Assembly: GCA_028280145.1 (NCBI GenBank)
Contig: JANQMM010000063.1
Span: forward strand, 1-53,385
DNA length: 53,385 bases
Reading direction: 5' to 3'
Source: Minisyncoccota bacterium
GTDB taxonomy: Bacteria > Patescibacteriota > Minisyncoccia > Phycocordibacterales > JACZSL01
In this document: positions 29,261 through 38,389 of the stretch, piece by piece
Layout: each line of letters begins with the position of its first letter
Position numbering within the stretch: position 1 is the stretch's first letter
Position numbers and translations under genes: made by a program
Notes under the pieces: model-generated
Databases searched by the model: none
What the model saw: only the letters and a program-made list of their open reading frames with translations
Told to the model about the DNA's origin: nothing

Positions 29261-31621
29261 ATGTACAAGCACCTTCGTTTTTTTAAGGATATTCAAATTG
29301 ATGACGTTCCGCAGGTAGGCGGCAAGAATGCATCACTTGGCGAAATGTTCCGCGCCCTAACTCCAAAGGGAATAAACCTGCCTAATGGCTACAGCACCAC
29401 TGCTGATGCCTATCGCTATTTTTTGGAAAGCGCAGATATTCGTGAAGCTATCACCAAGGAGTTGGAAGGTTTAAATATTGAAGACGTTGCAGATCTGCAG
29501 AAGCGCGGTGCGGCAGTGCGGCAGATAATTCTTGACGCAAAGCTCCCGGAGGATTTTGAGGCTGAGGTCAGAAAAGCATATAAAGAACTCTGTGACACTG
29601 TTGGCTTTGATAACTTGGTTGTGGTTGTCCGTTCGTCTGCGACTGCAGAAGACCTTCCAAATGCCTCATTTGCAGGTCAACAAGAAACATACCTTAACAT
29701 CAGCGGTGAGGATGCCGTTATGGAATCAGTGCAAAAATGTATCGCTTCACTCTTTACCGACCGGGCCATTGTGTATCGTGTGGAAAACGGTTTTGATCAC
29801 ATGCAGGTTGCTCTTGCCGTCGGTATTCAACAAATGGTGGCTGTGCGCTCGGAGGCTTCAGGCGTTATGTTCACACTCGACACAGAATCAGGCTTCCGTA
29901 ATGCTGTCGTCATCAATTCAATCTACGGTTTGGGTGAGAATATTGTGCAAGGCCGCGTGTCTCCTGATGAGTTTACGGTGTTCAAGCCTACACGATCCAT
30001 CTTAAAGAAAAAACTTGGCACCAAGAGACTCAAAATGATCCCAAGTGGTGCTAATGAAGTCGAGAACCTGGAAGTGTCGCAAGAGGATCAACGACGTTTT
30101 TCAATTACCGATGAGCAAGTATTGACGCTGGCGGAGTGGGGAGTGCACATTGAGGAGCACTATGGAAAGCCAATGGACATTGAATGGGCGCTCGACGAAG
30201 ACTTCGGTTCACTCTATATCGTACAAGCACGCCCTGAGACCGTGCAATCACAGAAGGATCCAAATTGCATCGAGGAGCATGTGCGTCTTGAGGATGGTGA
30301 AGTGTTGGTTGCCGGTACGAGTGTCGGTGATAAGATCGGTGCCGGTAAGGCATCAGTGATCGAAAGTGTGGAACAAATACATGACTTTAACGAAGGTGAT
30401 GTGCTCGTAACCACGATGACAGACCCGGATTGGGTTCCGATCATGAAAAAAGCATCTGCAATTGTCACAAACAAGGGTGGGCGCACGTGCCACGCCGCTA
30501 TTGTATCTCGGGAGCTTGGTATTCCATGTATTGTCGGTACCGATGTTGCTACCACAACGATCCCTAATGGTGAGGAAGTGACGGTCAGTTGTAATGAAGG
30601 GGATGAGGGTAGAGTATATCGGGGACTGCTCAAGTTTGAGGTTCGCACCGAAAACATTGCTGATCTCAAGCGACCACAGACAAAGATCATGATGAATATT
30701 GGCTCTCCGGAACATGCGTTCAAGTATTCATTCATTCCAAACGACGGTGTTGGTCTTGCGCGGGAAGAGTTCATTATTGATGCACATATCAAGATTCACC
30801 CTCTTGCTCTTATGCGGTTTGATGAAGTGCATGACGAGGGCGCACGCAGACAGATCGAAGAACTTACATTCGGGTACGAAAATAAAGCAGATTATTTTGT
30901 AGATAAACTTGCAGAAGGAATAGGGATTCTCGGTGCTGCGTTTCATCCAAATGACGTCATCGTGCGTTTCAGTGACTTCAAGACGAATGAATATGCGAAT
31001 CTGATCGGAGGACAACAGTTTGAGCCGGAAGAGAATAACCCGATGATCGGTTGGCGAGGTGCAAGTCGGTACTATCATGATGACTATAAAGAAGCCTTCA
31101 AGCTTGAATGTCGAGCCATGAAGAAAGTTCGTGATGAAATGGGAATTACGAATGTTAAGGCGATGGTGCCGTTCTGCCGAACGCTCGAAGAAGCGGATAA
31201 AGTGCTTGGCATCATGGGCGAAGAAGGGCTGAAGCGTGGAGAAAATGGTTTTGAAGTGTATGTGATGATCGAAATTCCAAGCAATGTTGTTTTAGCGGAA
31301 GGGTTTGCGGAGAAGTTTGATGGCTTCTCGATCGGAAGTAACGACTTAACACAACTTACCCTTGGTGTGGATCGGGACAGTCACATTGTGGCGCATGTGT
31401 ATGATGAAAATAATGAAGCGGTCAAGGAATTGATCCGAAAGACCATTAAGGTAGGGAAGGAGAAAGGTGTGAAAGTTGGAATTTGCGGACAAGGCCCGTC
31501 AGATAGTCCGGAATTTGCACAGTTTTTGGTTGAAGAAGGCATTGATAGCCTTTCGCTTTCTCCGGATACCATCGTAAAGACGACGATTGCTACCAACGCA
31601 ATAGAAAAAGGATCAAAATAA
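29261..31621 (+). CDS. ppsA: Phosphoenolpyruvate synthase
   Basis: VGGKNASLGEM, VRSSATAEDLP..SFAGQQ, GGRTCHAAIVSRE, GSNDLTQ. Confidence 0.97.
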   Translation: MYKHLRFFKDIQIDDVPQVGGKNASLGEMFRALTPKGINLPNGYSTTADAYRYFLESADIREAITKELEGLNIEDVADLQKRGAAVRQIILDAKLPEDFEAEVRKAYKELCDTVGFDNLVVVVRSSATAEDLPNASFAGQQETYLNISGEDAVMESVQKCIASLFTDRAIVYRVENGFDHMQVALAVGIQQMVAVRSEASGVMFTLDTESGFRNAVVINSIYGLGENIVQGRVSPDEFTVFKPTRSILKKKLGTKRLKMIPSGANEVENLEVSQEDQRRFSITDEQVLTLAEWGVHIEEHYGKPMDIEWALDEDFGSLYIVQARPETVQSQKDPNCIEEHVRLEDGEVLVAGTSVGDKIGAGKASVIESVEQIHDFNEGDVLVTTMTDPDWVPIMKKASAIVTNKGGRTCHAAIVSRELGIPCIVGTDVATTTIPNGEEVTVSCNEGDEGRVYRGLLKFEVRTENIADLKRPQTKIMMNIGSPEHAFKYSFIPNDGVGLAREEFIIDAHIKIHPLALMRFDEVHDEGARRQIEELTFGYENKADYFVDKLAEGIGILGAAFHPNDVIVRFSDFKTNEYANLIGGQQFEPEENNPMIGWRGASRYYHDDYKEAFKLECRAMKKVRDEMGITNVKAMVPFCRTLEEADKVLGIMGEEGLKRGENGFEVYVMIEIPSNVVLAEGFAEKFDGFSIGSNDLTQLTLGVDRDSHIVAHVYDENNEAVKELIRKTIKVGKEKGVKVGICGQGPSDSPEFAQFLVEEGIDSLSLSPDTIVKTTIATNAIEKGSK

Positions 31622-31622
31622 C

Positions 31623-33041
31623 ATGAGTCATTACCCGCCACTACAGGAGAGAGAGCTACCAAAACCGCCTCATTGGAGTAAGGCTATTGGGGTTGGTGTT
31701 GTGGTGATGGGTCTTGCCATCGGGACAGGAGAGCTCATTTTGTGGCCGCACATCATTACCAAGCACGGACTTGTGCTTTTATGGCTTGCTCTTCTTGGTA
31801 TTACTGCACAATATTTCATAAATAAGGAAGTGGCCCGGCATGAAGTTGCAACAGGTGAGAGCTTCTTTACAACTGCGGCACGAGCATTTCAGTGGACGGT
31901 GTTCTTCTGGCTATTTACTGCAATTATCCTATACATTTGGCCGGGCTGGGCCTCTGCCATTGGCACAACCCTTAACGAACTCTTTGGATTTGGAACCCAT
32001 CTCATGTGGTCTTGGGCGACTCTTGCTCTGGTTTTGGTGCTTACCTTCAGTGGCAAGGTGGCCTACACTATGCTTGAAAAGACCCTTAAGATCACTGTCC
32101 CGATCTTCTTCGTACTCCTGCTTGTGATCAGCTACTACAATCTCTCCCTCGAGATATTGCACGAAGCGATCAGAGGAGTATTCTCATTTGGCGTGATCCC
32201 GGACGGAGTTGATATCAATGTGCTCCTTGGTGCTGTGGTATTTGCAGGAGCCGGAGGAATGCTCAATCTTGCCGTATCTCTTTGGTATAGAGATAAGCAG
32301 GTTGGAATGGGTCAGTATGTAGGACGTATTACGAACCCAGTAACGGGTCGTGAGGAATCTGTTGCAACGGAAGGCTATACGTTTGATACGGAGAATCCTG
32401 AAAATATGAAACGATGGAAGAACTGGATGAAGTACGTGCACATAGATCAAGGGGTAGTATTCTTGGGGCTTGGATTTACCACATTATTCTTGCTTGCGGT
32501 AAATGCGTATGCAGTCCTTACTCCCAAAGGACTTGTGCCGGAGGGATTGGACGTTGCGGTGGTCCAGGCACATATATTCGGGGATGTGTTCGGTCCAATT
32601 GGATTTAAGGTCTTTTTGGCGATGGCTTTCTTGATGCTCTTTTCGGTGATGTGGACTGTTATTGATGCACTAACCCGTATCGTGACTGACATTATTTACA
32701 CCAATGCACGCATAGGGAAATATCAGAAGGTATTTGCGCCATTTAAACGATTTTCAATAGGAAAGCTGTATTATGGAGCGATCACTCTCATTGCAATCAT
32801 TGGTGCATTTCTCATTTTACTCGAACAGCCACTTACGCTCTTGGTCATCTCCGGAGTGTTGTCAGGTCTTTCAATGGCTCTCTATACTCCGCTTTTGATC
32901 TATTTGAACAATACAAGACTGGCAAAACCACTTCGACCGAATATATTCACAAATATTGCAATGACCGCGATTGCCATTTTCTTTGCATATTTTGCCTATC
33001 GCGTTATCGTCGAAGCAATAGGAAATATTTTTGGCGCTTAA
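31623..33041 (+). CDS. NRAMP-like / APC-fold transporter
   Basis: About 11 TM segments, GLAIGTGELILWP; starts 1 nt after the ppsA stop. Confidence 0.75.
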   Translation: MSHYPPLQERELPKPPHWSKAIGVGVVVMGLAIGTGELILWPHIITKHGLVLLWLALLGITAQYFINKEVARHEVATGESFFTTAARAFQWTVFFWLFTAIILYIWPGWASAIGTTLNELFGFGTHLMWSWATLALVLVLTFSGKVAYTMLEKTLKITVPIFFVLLLVISYYNLSLEILHEAIRGVFSFGVIPDGVDINVLLGAVVFAGAGGMLNLAVSLWYRDKQVGMGQYVGRITNPVTGREESVATEGYTFDTENPENMKRWKNWMKYVHIDQGVVFLGLGFTTLFLLAVNAYAVLTPKGLVPEGLDVAVVQAHIFGDVFGPIGFKVFLAMAFLMLFSVMWTVIDALTRIVTDIIYTNARIGKYQKVFAPFKRFSIGKLYYGAITLIAIIGAFLILLEQPLTLLVISGVLSGLSMALYTPLLIYLNNTRLAKPLRPNIFTNIAMTAIAIFFAYFAYRVIVEAIGNIFGA

Positions 33042-33073
33042 AAACCGGAGGTGCCGATACCTCCAGTTTTTTG
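33041..33073. terminator. Bidirectional terminator
   Basis: AAAACCGGAGGT-gccgat-ACCTCCAGTTTTTT between convergent genes. Confidence 0.65.
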
Positions 33074-33089
33074 ATCAGAACCAGTTTTC

Positions 33090-33659
33090 TTAATCGGCTA
33101 TTGCCTGCAATATCTCCTCAAACACCGCATCAATATCTTGGTTGGCATTGACGTTTCTTACTTTGCCTTGTTCTTTAAAGAATGCAAGTGAATGTACTGT
33201 TTCATTCAAGAATGCTTGTTTTCGTTTTTCTATTTTCGAAGGTGTATCATATCCTTCACGCCCTCGTTCCAGTAGGCGTTCTGTTAAGACCTCATCGTTG
33301 CACTCAAGACAAATCACAACGTACGGCCTCTCAATTTCCTCATGTATTTCGTGAAGTTTTTTTGCTTCTTCAGGCTTTCGAGCAACGCTTTCAAACACTA
33401 ACCCTTGGTCCGGAAATTCCTCAAGAAGAGCTTTGGTCATCATATAACTTGCAAGCCATTCTGGTATCCAGCCGGTAGTGTGGATGTTGGCAATGTAACG
33501 GCCAAGGGGAGTGTCTTGCGCTGCGTACTCTCGTGTCTTGTCCCCGGTAGAAAAAATAGCATACCCGAGAGCCTCGGCAAGCTTATGTGCTTGCGTGCCC
33601 TTGCCGGTGCCAGCCCGACCCATAAGAATGATACTTTGATAGGGAGTTTTTGATTTCAT
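33090..33659 (-). CDS. Adenylate/nucleoside monophosphate kinase (short LID)
   Basis: GRAGTGKGTQA P-loop, STGD, RLLERGR; start reassigned to ATG 33659. Confidence 0.85.
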   Translation of the reverse strand: MKSKTPYQSIILMGRAGTGKGTQAHKLAEALGYAIFSTGDKTREYAAQDTPLGRYIANIHTTGWIPEWLASYMMTKALLEEFPDQGLVFESVARKPEEAKKLHEIHEEIERPYVVICLECNDEVLTERLLERGREGYDTPSKIEKRKQAFLNETVHSLAFFKEQGKVRNVNANQDIDAVFEEILQAIAD

Positions 33660-33836
33660 ATGCTTTAGCGTAGCAGATTTGTATGCTTCTGCAACAGCCT
33701 TATTGTGTGCATATGTAGCCTGGGTTGCGACTTTGCAGGCAATGTTCCGGCAACGGAACACGTGAGTGCTTCATGGAGGACTCGTGTGGATTTACTACAA
33801 GTTCTCCAAGTAATTGCTGTGATACACTTTATACAT

Positions 33837-34166
33837 ATGCCGCAGGAACACGACGAAATAAAAGCGCTGCTCAGGCGAAATTTGGAACTTGCGCGTGAGA
33901 ACAACAAGTTACTTAAGAAAATACGTCGTAACAGTGTGATCGCCAACATCATGCGGCTTGTGTGGTGGGCTGTCATTATCGGAGTCCCCGTTTTTCTTTA
34001 TTATTACGTTCTCGAGCCGTATCTGATCGAGCTTAATAACACATATCAAGAACTCCAAATGGGTGTTACAGGAGCGCAAAATGCCGTCTTTGACCTTCCT
34101 CTGATCAGTGATTTACTTGAACGATTCTCTGAAACGCAAGAGGCGGTAACACCTGTGACAGAGTAG
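33837..34166 (+). CDS. Hypothetical single-TM coiled-coil protein
   Basis: LRRNLELARENNKLLKKIRR, then TM, then YYVLEPYL; extended -10 eight nt upstream. Confidence 0.7.
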   Translation: MPQEHDEIKALLRRNLELARENNKLLKKIRRNSVIANIMRLVWWAVIIGVPVFLYYYVLEPYLIELNNTYQELQMGVTGAQNAVFDLPLISDLLERFSETQEAVTPVTE

Positions 34167-34222
34167 TTGGAAAATATCTTATTTCTGATAGAATGTTTTT
34201 CATCGCTTATGACGCGTATAGA

Positions 34223-34290
34223 GCTGAGGTAGCTCAGGCTGGTAGACACAAGTCTCTCGAACAAGGGACAGCGTCGAGACCGGGCACCTG
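34223..34290 (+). pseudogene. Degenerate tandem copy of tRNA-Phe
   Basis: Aligns along its length with the intact tRNA 86 bp downstream; acceptor 3' strand and anticodon stem are disrupted. Confidence 0.75.
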
Positions 34291-34308
34291 TAATATGGCG
34301 CGTATAGA

Positions 34309-34384
34309 GCTGAGGTAGCTCAGTTGGTAGAGCACTTGTCTGAAGAACAAGGGGTCGGCGGTTCGAGACCGCCCCTCAGCACCA
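34309..34384 (+). tRNA. tRNA-Phe(GAA)
   Basis: GCTGAGG/CCTCAGC acceptor, CTTGT-CTGAAGA-ACAAG, GTTCGAGAC, encoded CCA. Confidence 0.96.
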
Positions 34385-34391
34385 AGGTCAG

Positions 34392-34419
34392 AACACTCAT
34401 TCTATCGAATGGGTGTTTT
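34392..34419 (+). terminator. Terminator after tRNA-Phe
   Basis: AACACTCATTC-tatc-GAATGGGTGTTTT. Confidence 0.7.
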
Positions 34420-34565
34420 GTTTTTGGTTGTTTTGATATCGGTTATTTTGACCGAGACACTTCCCAAAACCGTACGATATATTGTAAGGTTTTTAGCGTA
34501 GCCAAGTAACGTTAAGGTTGTAACTTTGTCCTCAACATAAAAAACCGCCCTTTCGGGCGATTCTG

Positions 34566-35144
34566 TTATCCGGCTTTTACTTTGAGTTTAGTTTGTTTTT
34601 CCTTGTCAATTTTTGGCAAACGGATGGTCAAAAGGCCGTGCTTTTCAGTTGCTTGTGCCTCTTCGACCTCAATTTCTTGAGGGAGAAGGATGGTTCGCGA
34701 GAAAGCGCCCCAATAGAGTTCCCGATAGAAGTATTCGTCACTCGAGACTTCTTTTGCATCTTCTCGCTTCCCGCGAATAGTAACCATGTCGCGGGTAATT
34801 GAAATATCAAGATTATCAGGCTTCACCCCTGCAACAATTGCCTTGATGACGATCTCATTTGGAGTATTGAAAACGTCTACAGTAAGCTGACCTTCTTCGT
34901 TCTCCTCTTCCATCCAGTCACCTTCACCCTCTTCCATGCTCATATGAGTTTCTTCGTATGGTTCGTGGTTGATAACCTCATCGCCCTCCAGTTCTTCACG
35001 TTCAATGCGAAGAGTGCCCTGTTTTTGGCGGGCAAGTTTATCCTCATCGGCCATGTGAAGCTCTGCTGCTGCTTCTTCCTCAAATTCGTCAACATTTACC
35101 GTGCCAGTGAGTCGTTCAAAAAATGATCGTCCTTCTTTGCCCAT
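34566..35144 (-). CDS. Small heat shock protein (Hsp20/alpha-crystallin)
   Basis: GQLTVDV, RELYWGAFSRTILLP, HGLLTIRLPK; acidic N-terminal extension. Confidence 0.92.
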   Translation of the reverse strand: MGKEGRSFFERLTGTVNVDEFEEEAAAELHMADEDKLARQKQGTLRIEREELEGDEVINHEPYEETHMSMEEGEGDWMEEENEEGQLTVDVFNTPNEIVIKAIVAGVKPDNLDISITRDMVTIRGKREDAKEVSSDEYFYRELYWGAFSRTILLPQEIEVEEAQATEKHGLLTIRLPKIDKEKQTKLKVKAG

Positions 35145-35146
35145 GT

Positions 35147-35872
35147 CTAATTTCGCATAGTTAGTCTGGTAATTCGCTTTACTTTTTCAAATGAGAGTAA
35201 CAAGAGAATGATGCCAATCCACACAAAGGCAAACACAGTTAGTATCTTATCTCCGTTAGTGCTAATTATAAAGAAATTGAAGAGTGCGTGCAATATGATT
35301 GAAAGGGCAATACCGATAAGGACATAGACGAATTTGATAGCTCTTGTCTTATAGAACGAGTACGCCATTGCAAGACCAATGCTTGCGGAGGCAAGTGTGT
35401 GAAGGAGAGTGGCTCCAAGGAATCTGAGGTTTCCGGTGATGATACCTCCAAAGATATTTAGATTCGGGTTGAGGAGGAAGAATGTATTCTCAAGAGCGGC
35501 AAAGCCAAGTGCGACTGTGATCATGTAGATAATAGGGTCGAGCGGTTCGTCAACCGCTCTTCGGCGCAGTACCGTAAGTGCGGCCCCTCCGTATTTCATC
35601 AATTCTTCAATGGCCGACCATATGAATATAAGTAAAATGCCTTGAAATGAATTGGCAGAAAGACATTGTGTATTTTGGGTTATAAGATCGCATGCCATGC
35701 GCTCAAGAGGTACCACTAATGGGACCGTAATCATGCCCGTAATGAACGCGAGCATGATAAGACCGCGCGGCTCCGGCCGTGCTTTGTCCTCCTTAAGCCA
35801 GAACCACAACCACAAAAGAGCCGGAAGAATACCCCCCAAAAGCGCCACCAGTAATGTCGTTCCGCTTAACAT
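35147..35872 (-). CDS. PrsW family intramembrane metalloprotease
   Basis: IEELMK, GFAALEN, LLHTLAS, LHALFN. Confidence 0.9.
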   Translation of the reverse strand: MLSGTTLLVALLGGILPALLWLWFWLKEDKARPEPRGLIMLAFITGMITVPLVVPLERMACDLITQNTQCLSANSFQGILLIFIWSAIEELMKYGGAALTVLRRRAVDEPLDPIIYMITVALGFAALENTFFLLNPNLNIFGGIITGNLRFLGATLLHTLASASIGLAMAYSFYKTRAIKFVYVLIGIALSIILHALFNFFIISTNGDKILTVFAFVWIGIILLLLSFEKVKRITRLTMRN

Positions 35873-35896
35873 ATACCTTTTTGCATGTCGATATTG

Positions 35897-38098
35897 CTAC
35901 CGAGTTTCTGGCCACGACTCGACCATGAGAAAATCTTCAGTTTTGTAAGTATTTTTAGGCAGATAAGACCACACTGCCTCCGTAACAAAAGGCATGAACG
36001 GATGTAACAACCTAAGAGAGGTCGTTAGTATTGTGTAAAGCGTTACTTGTGCCGATCGCTTTGCATCTTCATCGGTTCCCTGAAGGACTGCCTTGTTCTC
36101 TTCAATGATAACATCTGCAAATGTATGCCAGAAGTAATGATATGCAGTATCAGCGGCCAGATCCACACGATACTTTTCCAGATTTTCCGTAATATCTGTA
36201 ACTGTGGCATTCAGTTCTTCGAGATCCTTTTTGTGCTTTTTTGTAAGCGTAACACCCTCAAGAGCGTTTAAGTCCTCAATATTCTGTAGCACGAATCGTG
36301 TGGCATTCCATATTTTGTTGGCGAAATGCTTGTATCCACGGACCTTATTTTCATCAAACTTCGCATCATTGCCGATCGCAGTTCCAACAAGAAGCCCCAT
36401 GCGCAAAGCATCAGCCCCGTATCTTTCGATCATTTCAAGGGGGTCAACACCGTTATTGAGGGATTTACTGAACTTACGACCATCCTTTGCTCGCACCAAT
36501 CCGTGTATCATAACGGTATCAAACGGCACCTGACCGAGATGAAAACCACTCATAAGTATCATACGCGACACCCACAGCTGGAGGATTTCGTAGGCAGGGG
36601 ACATAAAGGATGTAGGGTGAAATACCTCAAGATCACGTGTTTTCTCAGGCCATCCTAGTGTTGAAAAGGTCCATAATGCAGAAGAAAACCACGTATCAAG
36701 TACATCTTCTTCCTGTTTCCAGTCCTTGCTCTGAGGTGGCTCGACGCCGCCGCAATATATTTCATCATCTTTGTACCAGACCGGTATACGATGTCCGAAC
36801 CATATCTGACGGCTGATGCACCAGTCGTGGAGGTTATCTATCCAGTGGAAATAGGTTTTCTTGAATCGTTCCTGTGGCATGGCAACCGCACCACTTTCCA
36901 CTGAAATGCGCATCAGTTGTTTAAGAGTGACCTTGTCTCCCGATTTGATGCCGGGAATCTCCGAGTGGGGGATAGTGAATGGCGTATCAACCGCGATGAA
37001 CCATTGCTCCATTATTTGTGGCTCTATGGTCGCTCCCGTTCGCTCTGCAGTGGCAAGATTGTGCTCATAATCGTCCTCAACCTCGACAACAAGTCCTTTT
37101 TTCCGGAGTTTTTCAACGATCTTTTCTCGCGCTTCGGTTATTTTCATGCCCGAGAATTCACCTGCAATAGGGAGGAGTTTGCCGTATGTATCAATGATTT
37201 GTTCTTTATCAAGGTTATGTCGCTCTGCGATCTCAAAATCAACTCCCGAGTGCCACGGTGTAATGGTCATTACTCCCGATCCCATTTCCGGATCTGCCGC
37301 TTCATCCTTAACGATCGTTGCGCTGATAGGTCCGTTTATCCACTCGAGCTCGATAGTGTCTCCGTGCTTGTATTTGGCGTATCGCGCATCATTCGGATGC
37401 ATCACTACATACTTATCGCCAAATTTCGTCTCAGGGCGAGCAGTACCAATGGTAAAAGGTCCGTATTTGAAGTAGTAGAACTTTGTTTTTTCCTCCTTAT
37501 AGAGCACTTCATCATCCGAAATGGTCGTTTGCCCCTTTGGGTCCCAGTTCACGATCCGATGTCCTTTGTATATAAGGCCCGCATCATACATCCGCTTGAA
37601 CGCCGTATTTACGGCATGCGATCGTTTTTCATCAAGCGTATATGCGTACCGCGACCAATCGAGAGAAGCCCCCATCTTGCGTACCTGGGTTAGGATGGTG
37701 TTTTCGCTTTCCTTGGCAAATTGCCTCACTCGTCTTACAAGCTCTTCTCTTCCGAGATCATGTCGGGATAGCTTTTCCTTCTTTTGTATATTCTTTTCAA
37801 CGCGAGCTTGTGTTGCTATCGCCGCAGAATCAGTACCTGGTACCCACAGAGCCTTTTTGCCTCGCATTCGCGCGTAGCGTATGAGTATATCTTGAAGCGT
37901 GTCCTCATATGCATGCCCGATATGCAGGACACCGGTTACGTTCGGTGGGGGAAGCACTATGGTAAAAGATTCCTCCCGTTTTCCGGGCAGGTTGTCGGGG
38001 TTAAAATATCCGCTTTCCTCCCATTGTGTATACAACCGCTCCTCATGCTCACTCGGGTCGTACGGCTTAAGAAAAGCCTCTGGAATCTCTTTTGTCAT
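35897..38098 (-). CDS. valS: Valine--tRNA ligase (compact)
   Basis: PPPNVTGVLHIGH, DWCISRQIWFGHRIP, VLDTWFSS, KFSKS; start reassigned to ATG 38098. Confidence 0.96.
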   Translation of the reverse strand: MTKEIPEAFLKPYDPSEHEERLYTQWEESGYFNPDNLPGKREESFTIVLPPPNVTGVLHIGHAYEDTLQDILIRYARMRGKKALWVPGTDSAAIATQARVEKNIQKKEKLSRHDLGREELVRRVRQFAKESENTILTQVRKMGASLDWSRYAYTLDEKRSHAVNTAFKRMYDAGLIYKGHRIVNWDPKGQTTISDDEVLYKEEKTKFYYFKYGPFTIGTARPETKFGDKYVVMHPNDARYAKYKHGDTIELEWINGPISATIVKDEAADPEMGSGVMTITPWHSGVDFEIAERHNLDKEQIIDTYGKLLPIAGEFSGMKITEAREKIVEKLRKKGLVVEVEDDYEHNLATAERTGATIEPQIMEQWFIAVDTPFTIPHSEIPGIKSGDKVTLKQLMRISVESGAVAMPQERFKKTYFHWIDNLHDWCISRQIWFGHRIPVWYKDDEIYCGGVEPPQSKDWKQEEDVLDTWFSSALWTFSTLGWPEKTRDLEVFHPTSFMSPAYEILQLWVSRMILMSGFHLGQVPFDTVMIHGLVRAKDGRKFSKSLNNGVDPLEMIERYGADALRMGLLVGTAIGNDAKFDENKVRGYKHFANKIWNATRFVLQNIEDLNALEGVTLTKKHKKDLEELNATVTDITENLEKYRVDLAADTAYHYFWHTFADVIIEENKAVLQGTDEDAKRSAQVTLYTILTTSLRLLHPFMPFVTEAVWSYLPKNTYKTEDFLMVESWPETR

Positions 38099-38269
38099 GC
38101 AGGGAATGATAGCATTAATCATGTTCTTTTTACAGGCGGCATGCTGGAAAAAGGCTGAAAGTAAGCCATTTGTATCTAAAGGACATTTCTTAATTCTAAA
38201 GGACATAAAATGTCCTTAACAAAAGAGACCAAGCAGTTCGGTATTCATGTAAGGGACATTCTAAAGAGG

Positions 38270-38298
38270 TTGACAATATGCTTAAAATATGGTAGTCT
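38270..38298 (+). promoter_or_regulatory. Sigma70-type promoter for the large surface protein
   Basis: TTGACA-17 nt-TAGTCT with extended TGn. Confidence 0.6.
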
Positions 38299-38389
38299 TA
38301 CGGCAAATTGATTGACACGCACTACTGTAACGATACAGTATGTGTGTCTTTTAATTAATTTATTAATCGCAGGTAGTTAGAGAAAACCT

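Noticed and set aside
33715..33800. ZTP or c-di-GMP-I riboswitch
   Set aside because: Fragments resemble them (GCCTGGG, GCGACT, GGCAA-stem-GNRA), but order and core residues do not match either consensus
34324..34509. 61-aa ORF
   Set aside because: Reads through tRNA-Phe and its terminator
36917..37693. 258-aa plus-strand ORF and other long antisense ORFs (e.g. 12160-12726, 49405-50097)
   Set aside because: Shadows of valS, lemA and the P-ATPase; no motifs or expression signals
38301..38350. c-di-GMP-I riboswitch in the surface-protein leader
   Set aside because: Starts with GGCAAA but lacks the GNRA-capped P2 and the downstream GCAAA/P3 elements
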